From contig JAGIQG010000005.1 of assembly GCA_024679065.1 (NCBI GenBank), forward strand, positions 100,750,001 through 100,814,000: 64,000 nt of DNA, given 5' to 3'. Position 1 is the stretch's first letter, and each line of letters begins with the position of its first letter. Source of the stretch: Sphyrna mokarran. Lineage: Eukaryota. Below, one piece after another: positions 24,852 to 37,664 of the stretch. The position numbers and the translations under genes are program-made. The notes below the pieces were generated by a model. That model was not told the origin of the DNA, ran no database searches, and saw nothing but the letters and a program-made list of their open reading frames with translations.

Positions 24852-25159
24852 GTGAGTTTGAATGGGGTGGGATATTAAAAGGCTGAAAATCTGAAACAGA
24901 AACCAAAGCTACCTTGAATTACCCACTTCAGGTTTTTTTCTGCAGAAAGGACAGGAATGTCCATCAACCTGGTCTCAGGAGGCAGGCTGGTCAACCTCGC
25001 TCTATTCCACACCCACCCACCTCATTTCATAAGGTCCTGTATTATATTTTTGCTGACGTGAGCATCCAGTAGAATTACTGAAAATAGGTGACAATTCTTT
25101 AACTCCGGATACTGTAGCAAGGTCAGGACTGGATGTCAATAATTAAGCAAGAATTCAGC

Positions 25160-25870
25160 TTGTCACAGTTGTGGTCAGGTGACCCATAACCTCCAGGATT
25201 GTTACTAAAATATTGACAATTTTCAACAGCATGGATAAAAACTCAAAGTGAGGAAGTCAAGTTTAAACTGAGCCAGACTGCAATTTGCAAATTGCAGAGC
25301 TGGGACAGACAGTATGCAGGCTTTGGATGATCAACTTTTATCAAAATCGGCCAGGCCTGGAACTACCTCGCCAGGTGTTCACAAGCACATTGTTATAACC
25401 ATCATTTACATCTCCTGTGAACTTGCTTTGTTAGAAGAATGTTACACAGACTTAGTGGCACCCAGAGGCACAGTGAGACAAGAACAGAACTTGACGTTTA
25501 AATGTTTAAAATCATGTTCTGAAACATCCAAAGATGTGAAGTAGTCATCTCACTAGAGCTTCCTGCTCCCGCCCGATGCTACTATTGGACATAGGCCACA
25601 GAATGCTCAAGAAGGGTGCAAAGAAGGAGATAAAAGGGGCAATCAGGTGTCCCAGTTCTTTCTGCTTCTTCAATGATGTCTCCAGTGAGCACCTACGACT
25701 GGCAGCCAAGGAGCGCAACACTTATAGCTCCTGGTACATCATTGTGAGCATCATCATAATGACCAGATCCAGAAGACCAGACCAGCCCTAGACGAGAAGA
25801 AAAACCCAAATCGATGACTGCAGATCCTGAAACATCAGCCAACCCTCAAAGACTGAAGAACAGCCTGTCC
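25160..25870 (+). mobile_element. Possible degraded solo LTR or other old repeat
   Basis: GC-richer block with a TATA-like gataaaagggg; LTR termini not confidently located. Confidence 0.2.
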
Positions 25871-26284
25871 CAACCTTATCAAATGAGTATTACCAATTTT
25901 TTTTCACACAAACAGTTCAAATGCAGTGATAGAGATCTGTGGATAAGTTGTAGTGAATCTTCAGAAGCACTTATCAGAAGTAGATAGTTGGTGCAGATTT
26001 CAGATTGTTTACTGAAAAATCTTATGAAAAGATTCATAGAACTTAACAGTCGAGTTTGAGAAATATAGTTTTTTCTTAACAAAGTGCTCATTAAAGTTGT
26101 GTTGGACCTTTACCCAATTCTTGCCCCATTTGTCTATCTCACTGTATATCGCACCGGAGTTGAAAAGTGTCACTGCAAACTGGTCAAGGTTAGCGAGGGT
26201 ACATTTATCCACCTTTAATTTTACAGCACAATGCAGCAGGTCCATAATTGTTGTTTATGTCACTTGATCTCTCCTAAGTGTATT

Positions 26285-27605
26285 TAGATTCAGAATCAAA
26301 CAGTATAGGAAAGGCTCTTTGGTCCATTGAGTCTGCACCAATAAAAACTAGCATTTAGTCTTGAATTTTATGACATTTCAGGTGCTCACCCATGTATTTT
26401 TGAAGGTTGAGGCTTCCCATCTCTATTATCCTCCCAGTCTTTGCATTCCAGAATCTCCCTCACTCTCTGTATGAAAATGTTTTTTTTCTCAAATCCCCGC
26501 CAAATATCTTGCCCCTTATCTTAAAATTAGACCCCTCATTATTTGACCCTTCAACTGAGGGGAACAGCTGCTTCCTAAATACACTGTTTGTAGTCCTCAT
26601 AATCTTAAACATTTCAATCATATACCCAGCCCACTCAGTCTTCTCTGCTCTAAAGAAAATAACTCAATCCTATCCAGCTTCTCTTCATAGCTCAAACGCT
26701 CTATCCCAGGCAAAATTCTGGTGAACCTCCTCTGCACCCTCATGAGTGCATTCACATGCCTCCTTTAGTGAGTTGACCAGAATTGCATACAGTAAACTAG
26801 CTATGGCCTAACTAAAGTTTGTAAGCTCCACCTTAACCTCGTTATTCTTATAACGTAAGCCATGGCTGCTAAAGGCAAGCATTCCATATGCCTTAACTAC
26901 TCTATTAACCATCCTGCCACTTTCAAGGACTTGCCAACAAGCACTTCAAGATCCCTGTTTGTCTGAACTTCCTCTGCCTGTCATTCATTGAATATTCCCT
27001 TGTCTTGTTACTCCTTCCAAAGTGCATCACCTTGCTCTTTTCAAGATTAAATTCTATTTGTCACTGATCTGTAAATTTGACCAACCCATCTATATCTTTG
27101 TGGCACTTAAGATCTTCTTCGCTACTAACCTACCTGCCAATCTTCATGTAATCCGCAAACTTATTATTCTCCTCACATTCTCATCTATTTTGTTTATATA
27201 TATTCAAACAATAAGGTTCTTGTACTGATCCCTGTGGTATGCCATTGAACACCAATCTCCAATCACACAAACAGCCCTCTATCACCATCCTCTAACTCCC
27301 ACCATTAAGCCAGTTTTTGATCCGTTACCCTAGACCCATGTGCTTTATCTTCTGTATCAGTCTCCCTCATGAGACCTTACCAAAGGCTTTGCTGAAATCC
27401 ATATAAAGTATATCAACTGCATTACCCTCACCAACACACCCAATCACCTCATCAAAAAATTCAATCAAATTTGTTAAGCATGACCTCCTCTGACAAAGCC
27501 ATGCTGACTCGCTGATCAAACCTTGCCTCTCTAAGAGGGGATTAATTTTCTCCTTCAGAATTTCCCGCAATAGTTTTGCTACCACTGGAGTGACATTCAC
27601 TGGTT
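26285..27605 (-). mobile_element. CR1/HER1-like LINE fragment
   Basis: ORF 27367..27600 SCLTNLIEFFDEV..AVDILYMDFSKAF; 3' tail near 26285. Confidence 0.9.
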
Positions 27606-28136
27606 TTATCAGAATTTCATTTGTGTTTCATTTTCCTGCAATGGCACAGAATTGATAAGGATTGCTAAGAAATGTTCTCAGTTCTTAATTAAAACTAAAT
27701 TGGATTGTAGATCGCATATGCCTTTTAACACTCACATGTCTATTACTTTTATTTCAACTAGAAGTTATTGATTGCAATGAAGAAAATCTTTTTATGTTTA
27801 GCAGAGATAATAGCATTCTTGCTTTTGATTGAAAATCTACAGTAGCAAAAAATTACTTTCTCAAAATGATGACCTTGGCACACAATGGTTTCACTAGTGT
27901 TGATGTTCAACCCTTTCTTTGTCATATTAATAATCCTTAAAATTGTCCTATTATAAATCATGCAATACCTCCATACAAAGTAAAATCTGATCCATGCATT
28001 GAATTACAATGTAAGAATTAATTTCTTATTAACTGTATTGTACAGACTCCACTTTTTTAATGCCTAGAATAATTATGACTGGTTTTTGCCAATGCTCAGA
28101 ACCCATCGTCAAATTTCACACAGGGAGCAGCATGTT

Positions 28137-28457
28137 TTAGAATCTCTATAGTGCAAAAAGGAGGTCATTCAGTTCCATTGCACCAACTCTCTGAAGGAGC
28201 ATCCTATCCAGGCTCTATGCCTGTAATCCGACTTATTTACTCCACTAATCCCCCAAACCTATACAAATGCAAACACCACAGACAACTTAGTATTACCAAT
28301 CTGCCTTACCTGAGCATCTTTGGACTGGAAGAGGAAACTGGAGGAAATCCATACAGGTACAGGAGGAACATGCAAATTCCACACAGACAGTCATCCCAAG
28401 ATCAGAAATGAACTTGGGTCCCTGGCTTGTGGGGCAGCAGTGTTAGCCACTGTGCTA
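28137..28457 (-). mobile_element. HE1-like V-SINE, CR1-type tail
   Basis: catgcaaattccacacagacagtca V domain; ggcagcagtgttagccactgtgc head. Confidence 0.85.
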
Positions 28458-29129
28458 CGGGAGCTCCAGTTACTGTCGCACAAAAATAAACATTTTACTC
28501 AGCCATCTAGGGAGTAAAATGCAACTCTGCAGGAGTCAATTAAAAAGATTGCAAGATGGATAATATAATGGATGGTTGCTCCACTACTGCGGTGATGATC
28601 CACCTTTAGAGACTGCAGTATTGAATAAAGGATTCACTTTCAAGGACCAACAACAGCAGCAGCATATCTGCTGCTAGTTCAGGAATACCTCTACCAAACA
28701 GAACTCCATCCTGTGTTGATTCTACATTCTGTCCTAATCAGTCACCTAGCTCAAGTTATCCTAACTCTACTATGTTGCCCTTAAAGCGATAATCACTACA
28801 GCTGTTCATTTAGTGTCAACACTGATGCTGAATTTTAACACTGTTATTTCCTCTGTCTTACACATTCAGGCTCTCACCATTCTCTAGTAGTGCAAATCTG
28901 TAATCAGTAGTTCAAAGGCAAAAGCAAACTCACCTTCCACATGACCCATCATATTGTCAGACCTGGCAGACTTCTCTATCCATCAAATGAACAGCGACCA
29001 TTTCCATTCCTCTGTATCCATTTAATTTAACTTTTAGGGCTAATTTATCAAAAGCTGTCCACTAAACTTCAAAGCACCAAATGTATTAAAAAACAAGAAC
29101 ACAGTTTTTTTCTCATCTACAGCTAAAAA

Positions 29130-29370
29130 TGTACAAACACTGCAATATGGCAAATTTCCTTCCAAGTCACTCACCATCCTAGCACTGAACAGAATTTCTG
29201 TTTCTTCAGGGTTGCTGGGTCAAAATTCAAGAACTCTCTTCTTGATCGCACTGTGGATATACCTGTACCACATGGACTTCCCCAATTCAAGAAAGTGACT
29301 CATCACCACTCCTCCCAAAGATAGTTGGGATAGGAAACAAACATTGGCCTTGCCAATGATATTCACATCT
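29130..29370 (+). mobile_element. CR1-group LINE 3' end (DeuSINE-partner family)
   Basis: ttccaagtcactcaccatcct..gttgctgggtcaaaattc..cactgtggatatacct..ttcaagaa..ctcatcaccac. Confidence 0.7.
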
Positions 29371-30329
29371 GTAAAACTAATCTGCAAAATGTAAAGATCA
29401 ACTAATAACTCTTGTGTATTCTTTGGGTTATATTTGGAAACACAGAGCAACTCCTGCACTGGGGGCCTGACATAATTGTTGGTACATTAGACCTCATATC
29501 CTATTAAGGATGAAGATTTTGTTTTCAAGAGTGGTAAACCAGAAAGCTGGGAGGTCTCAAGTCCCAACGATTCTCCCAGAGGTAAAGTAGCGGTAGAGAT
29601 GGGGTGAGGGAGCAGGTGTGGACAATGGAGGTGTTTCAGCATGAGCAGGAACTGAGAGTAGGGGTGGGGCATAGAGTACTCAATCGGGGATCCCCCAAGA
29701 GCAAAGGAATTAATGTCATCAGCTTTTACCAGATAGTATTCCAATATGATGGAGGGTACCTCACCATTGGTAAATGGAAGATGCCCCTAGCTAACCCTTA
29801 ATTGGTTACCTTATTTGTTCATCCCTCTGAACTGGGAGGAGTTTGGATAGTGGCAGAGGCATCACAAACTCTTCCCACTGCTATCACTTCTAAGCACTGG
29901 CAGTTCAGCCATCATGTCAGTCCTCTGAAATGGTAGTGTAGTATGTAGGTGTTGAGACTTTTGTATTTTGCTGCAACAGAAGCTGAGACAATGGCCATCT
30001 GATGCTGCATCATGGTCCAATTTACAAGTGCTGTAAAGGAGTTGGGCAGCCATTTCAAGATGGAAAGAATTGACCCCCAACTCTGGGGATGTGCAAAGCT
30101 CAATAGCAGACTCCTCCATACTCCTCAGCAGTTCATGGAGACTTTCTTGCAAGCTTCTCAATGAACTAGACATTCAATTGTGCATATCCATCCGACTTTA
30201 TCTGTGTGTCTACCCTACTGAAGTCCTCATCTGAATTGGGCCAAAGGGAATGTTTCTATGCTGTAAACATTTATGACTGAATGTGAGGTCATTAAATTTG
30301 ATGCTGCACTGCAGCCACGTACTCACTTT

Positions 30330-30613
30330 TAAAGTTTATTTATTAGTGTCACAAGTAGGCTTATGTTAACATTGCAATGAAGTTGCTGTGAAAGGCCCCT
30401 AGTCACCATATTCCAGCACCTGTTCGGGTAGACTGAGGGAGAATTTAGCATGGTCAATGCATCTAATCAGCACATCTTTTGGACCACGAGAGGAAACTGG
30501 AGCATCTGGAGGAAACCCACGTCGAGTCTGCACAGATAGTCACCCAAGGCAGGAATCGAGGTCCCTGGCGCTGTGAGACAACAGTGCTAACCACTGTCCT
30601 ATCATTATGCCAC
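30330..30613 (-). mobile_element. HE1-like V-SINE, tail type B
   Basis: aaagtttatttattagtgtcacaagtaggctta tail; ggcgctgtgagacaacagtgctaaccactg head. Confidence 0.9.
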
Positions 30614-30939
30614 CATATACTGTTGACATTGGTCATGTTCCTTTACCTTTTGCATGTCTATCTGGAAGGCCTTGTAAACTTTGCGGATACAGAACCTCTC
30701 TCCTCCTGTCCACGACTGGCACCACTGTCAAAAGTGCATCTGAGAACTACAATTTGCCCTCTTTGACTTATTAACTATTTCTTAATCATTTCAGTGCTCA
30801 AGGATGTCTTCCCAACCAAGTACAGCATCTGGTCGAGCAAGAGTATTTGTCTGTTTCAAAAATACAAGCTGGTTTTAAGTGCTAACCCTGCATGACACTG
30901 AGGTGTTCAGCATTTAATAGCACATTATCGCTGGGCTAA

Positions 30940-31693
30940 AAGCAGTGGGGCAACATCTGTAGATGTTCATGTTTTAGATTGATAACCTTTCAGTGGAACA
31001 GGAATAAGTTGGAGATTTAAGCTTTAAACAAACATAGATATAGGGAAAGTAAAGAGAGGGGGACAGGAGGAAAGAACAAAATGGAAAGTCTGTGTCATAG
31101 GGTGGAAATCAGGGATGTTAAATTGACAAAAGGGTTGGTGTAAGACAAAAAGAGATGGGACAAATAAAGAAGCAATGTGGAGATGCCAATGTTGGACTGG
31201 GGGTAAGCACAGTAAGAAGTTGGAATTGGTGAGTAGAAACTGATAGCCAAGTTCCACACACATGAGGAGGCCTCAACCAGGATCTTAGGTTCATGTTATG
31301 CTATCTGTAACCCCCATGACTTGACTGGGCTTACAAAATCTCATTAACAGTCCTGGCTGGAGACAATACACTTCTCTTTAACTTGTGCTTAACCCTCTCT
31401 CCACTCACATTGTTTGTACCTTTAAGACTTGATTACCTGTAAAGATCGCATTCCAATCACTATTTTGTAAATTGAGTTTCTGTTTTTATACGCTCTGTTT
31501 GTGAACACAAGTCCAAAGTAGTAGCTTGAGGCTCCAGAAGCTAGTGCTGCCAAATAAGCCTGTTGGACTTTAATCTGGTGTTGTGAGACTTCTTGCAGTG
31601 CCTACCCCAGTCCAACGCCGGTATCTCCACATCACTGGTAGGAATAGGAATGAGTTAATCTGACATCACAATCATTGTTGAACTTCGTCCCTA
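30940..31693 (-). mobile_element. Penelope-like element (family 2) fragment, hosting a nested family-1 insertion
   Basis: gcaacatctgtaga..aacctttcagtggaac..gaaagaacaaaatggaaagtctgtg resembles 40100-40235. Confidence 0.5.
31173..31635 (+). mobile_element. Penelope-like element (family 1) 3' fragment with inverted termini
   Basis: tgatagccaagttccacacacatgaggaggcctcaaccaggat (IAKF..GLNQD, end of GIY-YIG); 31175-31221 is inverted to 31588-31633. Confidence 0.8.
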
Positions 31694-31824
31694 NNNNNNN
31701 NNNNNNNNNNNNNNNNNNNNNNNNNNNNNNNNNNNNNNNNNNNNNNNNNNNNNNNNNNNNNNNNNNNNNNNNNNNNNNNNNNNNNNNNNNNNNNNNNNNN
31801 NNNNNNNNNNNNNNNNNNNNNNNN
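31694..31824. other. Assembly gap (131 N)
   Basis: Run of n. Confidence 1.
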
Positions 31825-31929
31825 ACATTTTTACCAAATCAATAGAACTACAAGTGAGGAATAGAGAAAACAATTGAAAGTCATGTACTGATATTGAGGA
31901 TAAAAGATTCAAATTGAGATAACCATTTG

Positions 31930-34270
31930 CTGAGGGAGAAATCAAAAGGTTTGTTATTTTAATATAAGAAGCTTGAGGAATAATTGACTCCAACTGGAAT
32001 GCCAGTTACTATCATAAGTTTACACATGAATTAACATGCCTGGAAGCAATGCTTCAACTTCAATGCTGGAAGCTTCAATGAAAAGATTTAAGGAACAGTA
32101 GTAAAAACCTATGTATTGAAATGGACAGAACACCAATGTATACTCCAGCATAGAAGAAGTTAGCTGAAGCAATATGGAAGGACATTGATAGCAATAAACA
32201 CAGTAATGTAGTAATTAATAATAATTATTTTAATTAGTAAGCAAATAATGAACCATCAGGAGACAGCAAAGAATTAACAATATGGAGTTTTGAACAGCCA
32301 AGAGATAATAAAGACACTGTAAAGCCACTGAAAAGAAAGAGTTCCATGCGCAAACAATTCAATAGTAAAACAGACGATAAGTGAGTTATTTCACAGAATT
32401 TATAATCTAAAAAATGAAGATTTATATTTAGCAGCCATAGAACTGACTGGTAATCCAAAAGTGAGTCATTATATAGTTGAATAGTGTATTTAAGGTCAAG
32501 ACCAAAAATAACAGTATGGTATATATCATGTAAGAAGAAGTAGTTTGAGTTGTCAGGAGAGAAATAGATGTAAAAGGCATCTAGAAAATTTAAACTCACA
32601 GAAAGAAAAGATTTCCTTTCATTTTAAAGCATGTAAAATTGAAATATATCCTGATGGAAAAAGAGGAGAAAATGACCAAAATTAGAACACGCTATATTGA
32701 GCGAATCTTGTGCCTTCCCTTGTGATGAGTTCCATGGCAGGGATACTGATCAAATGGGAGGGTGGAATTGAGGACCATAGTGGCCTATCTGTCCCATCAC
32801 CAATTGAAGCCACCCGTAAGTGGGCAATTAATGCTCACTTAAGAGTCACATGCAATCCACCATCACTGATACTAACCAGCAGTGGGCAGGGAGCTTGTCA
32901 TCTGGACAGCACACCCATCAAACCCTGTCACGGTCACTTGTGGGTTCCCAGAGGGAGTGCCTAAATCAAAGTCAGCCAGTGCTTATCAAAGGACCCAGAA
33001 ATGGAAAAAACTAAGAGTGAACCTGACTATCTTTGCTGCAGATCCCATTACTTCGATCCCTCCCCCAGCTCCATGGCAGTGGTCTCTCTAATCGGTCAGC
33101 TCTCGGCTGATGGAATTCCACTCCTGGGATCCTTCATGCCAGAGCAAAGCCCATTGCTGGCCTATCAAGAGCTTGAGTGGAACAAGATGCAGCAGCCTTT
33201 GAGAAAGAGGAGACCTGGCACTCTAGCGAAAAGATGACAACCCCATTGTCTCCACAAGCACTCTAGGATGTGAATATTCCAACATACAAAAGGCCATAGA
33301 AAGTGCAAAATGACAACAGGAAGTTAAATTAGCAACAAAATGGACCCAAATAGAACATTAAAGACAAGGTATCTTCTTGAAAGGAATAGGGTGGAAATAA
33401 GTAATATGGGCCAAGTGTATTCTTCCTAAATAAAGATTAAAGCTAATTCCAGACCTAACCAAAGCAGCAAAGAAGCATGGTAAAAATGTGATGTTTAACA
33501 AAATATGAAGCTCGAGAAGAAACTCAACGAATTGAAAACCATATTTTTGCAATTGTTAATGGACTGAAAATATGAAATAAGTTTTGATTAGGAACTCAAA
33601 CCAGATGGGATAAACCAAGGCTATCCAAATATTTCTTGTCCTCATCCACATAGATACTTTAAATGACATGTTAACTTAATTTGGTGTGTGGAAGAGAGAG
33701 AGGAGTTTGTGAGTACAGAATCCTCATGTCATGAAAGGCAAGTCTTGTGTTGATAAGGTTATGGAATAATGGAATGAAACTTGGGGTTTAACTCAAAGAG
33801 ACATAGAACATAAAACAAAAAGGTGCTGATGGGCAAATTTAAAAGCTTCTTGAAGCCTCTGTTTGAATATTGCTTGCATTTGTGAGCTCCACACTACAAG
33901 GGTATTATGGGTTTTGAGAAGTACAGAGGAGATTGACTCAGATGCTGCCTGGGGCAAGAAAATACAAATAGCAAGGCTGCCAAAAATTGATTATCTTTTG
34001 CGCAACAATTTACAGAATGATTTGAGAAGAACGTTCAAATTCTTCAAAGGTTTATGCAAGTAGACATTTTGAAGTAGTTTGGGAGGGTTAGGAACAAAGA
34101 ACCATAGAGACAAAATTAAATGTCAGACATTTCGAACAATATTAGGGAGAAATCTGTTCACACAAAGTAGTGAGGCTGTGGAATTCGCTTGCAGGGTTAG
34201 TGGCTAAGGTAGAAACCAGGCCAGCATTCGTGATTAGATTGAACGAGTGGTTGAAAGGAAATGGTTGAAG
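31930..34270 (+). mobile_element. Old, highly decayed CR1-like LINE (APE to 3' end) interrupted by a MITE-like repeat at ~32700-33270
   Basis: tttaatataagaagcttgaggaat (FNIRSLRN); atgaaaggcaagtcttgtg (MKGKSC); tttgaatattgc..gctccacactac; ttcacacaaagtagtgaggctgtggaattcgctt. Confidence 0.55.
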
Positions 34271-35129
34271 AGAGTCATCTGCTTCATCTCCAGCTATATT
34301 GCGCAATAGAATAAATACTAATTCCTTCATTTCCCATTCTCTCCACAATAACTAGCCATGTACTTATTCATTACAAGATGATGAAAATCTCTTGACAACT
34401 AGTGAGTCACTCTGTATTCAAAGACATTTTATTACAACCTGCCTGCAATTTTTTTTAAACAGCCTCAATGAATATAATTTTTTTGCACAAAGAAGGATCA
34501 AAGAGCTATGTTTGCAACACATCAAGTACTAAGAACAAACAAATGCCAATGAAATTACTTCTGCTAAATTAATTCATGCATTCTGAACAATATATCACCA
34601 TCCTGAATTAGTTTTATGGTGAGTTTGGTAACTTCATGATTTCAATTCAAAAACAGTTCCTTTCACTTAGCCTCTATGGGGTGTGTGTTAAAACATAACA
34701 GCATTCAAAAGGGATTTCAAAACTGCTTTCGCCTTATGGATATTAAATTATGGAAGTTCCAGATATAATATGTAGAAAATGATCTGTTAGGAAGTTTATA
34801 TCTATATACCACAGAATAAAATTGAAGCAATTTAATCAATTTTGCTCAGAAAGTTCAACAACAAGGACAGATGAATCCATGCTGTCAGATTGTGCTGACA
34901 GATAAGTCAACCAGCTGTTCTAGATGAATAACCTCACTGCATGCAGACTACTTGGATTTCCTCAACAGGTACAGTTAACTATTTAATGCCCATCCATCAA
35001 TTACAGTTATTAAATGTGGGTTTGTTGCATGCCTCATGGATAACAGGAGTTATCAGCAGAGTGCTCAGCAAAAGTATATACTACTGATAAGGAAGGACTG
35101 TAGAAAAAGACTTAATCAGCCATGAATAT

Positions 35130-37070
35130 TTAAGGAAGTAAAGGAGTGTATCAAATTGAAAGAAAATGCATAAATGACAAAGATTAGAGGGAATTTAGAG
35201 AATTGGGAAATCTTTAAAGGTCAGCAAAAAGTCACAAAAGAGCTACAAAGAAAGGTAAGATGGATTATGAGAGTAAACTAGTTCAGAATATAAAAACAGA
35301 TAGCAAAAGTTTCTACAAATATATAAAATGAAAAAGAGTGGTGAAAGTAAACATTGGTTCTTTAGAGGACAAGAAGGGAGATGTAATAACTGGAAATAAG
35401 AAAATGGCTGAGACATGGTACAGGTATTTTGTGTAGGTATTCACAATGGAAGACACAAATAATATGCCAAAAATTGATGACAGGAAGGCTATGGCAGGTG
35501 AGAACCTAGAAACTATTATCGGGAAAGAGGTAGTGTTGGGCAAGTTAATGGGGCTAAATATAGACAAGTTTCCTGGTCCTGATGGAATACATCCCAGAGT
35601 ACTAAAAGAGATGGCAGGAGAAATAGCAAATACACTAGTGGTAGTTTACCAAAATTCACTGGACTCTGGGTGGTTCCTGTAGATTGGAAACTGTTTAAAA
35701 AGAAGAAAGACAAAAGGCAGATAACTATAGGCCATTTAGCTTAACTTCTGTAGGAAGGAAAATGCTTGAATCTATCATTAAGGAAGAAATAGCGAGACAT
35801 CTAGATATAAATTATCCCATTGGTAAAATGGAGCATAGATTCATGAAGGGCAGGTCACATTTGACTAATTCGGAGGAATTCTTTGAGAACATTACATGTG
35901 CAGTGGAAAATGGGGAACCTGTGGATGCGGTGTATCTGATTTCCAGAAGGTATTTGATAAGGTGCTGCACCAAAGACTGCTACATAAGATAAAGATGCAC
36001 AGTGTTATGGGTAATATGTTAACACAGATAAAAGATTAGTTAACTAGCAAAAAGTGAAGGTAAATGGGTGTTTTTCTGGTTGGTGATCAGTGACTAGTGG
36101 TATGCCTCAGGGATCAGTGCTGGCATTACAATTGTTTACGATTTACATAGATGATTTGGAGTTGGGGACCAAGTGTCGTATGTCAAAATTCACAGATGAC
36201 ACTAAGACGGGTAGAAGAACAAAGTGTGTAGAGGATGCTGAAAGTCTGCAAAGGAATATAGACAGTGAGTGGGAGAGAGTCTGGCAGATGGAGTACAATA
36301 CTGGTAAATGTGAGGTCATCCACTTTGATAGGAATAACAGCAAACTGGACTATTATTTAAATGGTAAAAAATTGCAGCATGCTGCTAGGCAGAGGGATCT
36401 GGATGTCCTTGTGCAAGAATCACAAGGAGTTTGTTTGCAGGTGCAGGAGGTGATTAAGAAGGCCTTCATTGCCACAGGAATGGAGTTTAAAAACAGTGAG
36501 ATTATGTTGCAACACTATAAGGTGCTGGTGGAGCCACATCTGGAGTACTATGTACAGTTTTGGTCTCCTTACTTAAAGGATATACTGGCACTGGAGGGGG
36601 TACAGAGAAGATTCACTAGGTTGACTCTGGAGTTGAGAGGGTTAGCTTATGAAGAGGGACTGAGTAGGCTGGAGCTATACTCATTGGAACTCAGAAGAAT
36701 GAGGGGAGATCTTATAGAATCATAAGATTAAGAAGAGAACAAATAAAAGATAGAAGCAGGAAAGTTGTTTCCACTGGCAGGTGAAACTAGGATGAAAGGG
36801 CATAGCCTCAAAATATGAGGAAGCAGATTTAAGATTGAGTTGAAGAAGGACTTCTTCACACAAAGGGTTGTGAATCTGTTGAGGCTACCTCATTGAATGT
36901 TTTTAAGGAAAGGATAGATAAATTTTTGAACAGTAAAGGAATTAAGAGTTATAGCAAATGGGCAAGTAATTGGAACTGAATCCACAAAATATCAGCTGTA
37001 ATTTTATTGAATGGTTGAGTAGCCTCGAGGGACCAGATGGCCTACTCCTGTTCCTAGTTCTTATGTTCTT
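35130..37070 (+). mobile_element. CR1/HER1-like LINE ORF2 (RT) pseudogenised copy with 3' tail
   Basis: ORFs DKFPGPDGIHPRVLKE, MKGRSHLTN, and 36090..36725 PQGSVL..FTDD..PHLEYYVQFWSP; tail cctactcctgttcctagttcttatgttctt. Confidence 0.95.
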
Positions 37071-37344
37071 AATAACTGGGAGAGTGCATTAGCAAAGTGG
37101 TGATTTCCAGCCACGTAATTGAATCTTCAATTTAACAGAAAAAGTCGCCAGGGCATCACTGTGGGGATGGTGAGGCAGGGCAAACCCCCTGCAGAGTGAC
37201 CTTTGGCTGTGCGTTCACCCAGGCAGGCAGGGAGGGCTTGAGGGAGTATTGACACCTGCTGCAGGATTTCTGGCACCTGGAGTTGATCTAGGATCATGTT
37301 GGGAACAGTGGTTTCCTTTAATAGCTTTGGCATGCCTTTAATGA

Positions 37345-37630
37345 ACTAAATTGCCTGTCTGCCTTGAAGGACACCTGGAACAATAGACAGGATGATAAAA
37401 TGGGCAGGAGCAAGTCAGATGGAGTTTGATGCAAGAAAGTGTGAAACAGTACACTCTTGTAAAGTGTAGATGAGCAGAGAGACCTTAGCATCTAAATGTA
37501 CAAATTCTTAAAGGTGAAGCCAATTGATTAGGCAGTTTTAAAAAAAGTTTACTTAGGATTATAAATAGAGGAATAAAAAAGCAAAGAGATCATGCAAGAA
37601 CTTAAGTCATGAGTTAGATCACTGCCTCGG
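37345..37630 (+). mobile_element. Old CR1-like fragment
   Basis: aaatgggcag..cagatggagtttgatgcaagaaagtgtgaa..gagcagagagacctt..ataaatagagga. Confidence 0.65.
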
Positions 37631-37664
37631 ATTAAGCATGACTGCTGTTTAAACGGGCATTACC

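Noticed and set aside
31691-31993. 100-aa ORF
   Set aside because: Artefact of the N gap
36090-36725. 211-aa RT ORF as a possible active or domesticated gene
   Set aside because: Flanking ORF2 parts have stops and frameshifts, and the ORF has internal deletions; ordinary dead CR1 copy
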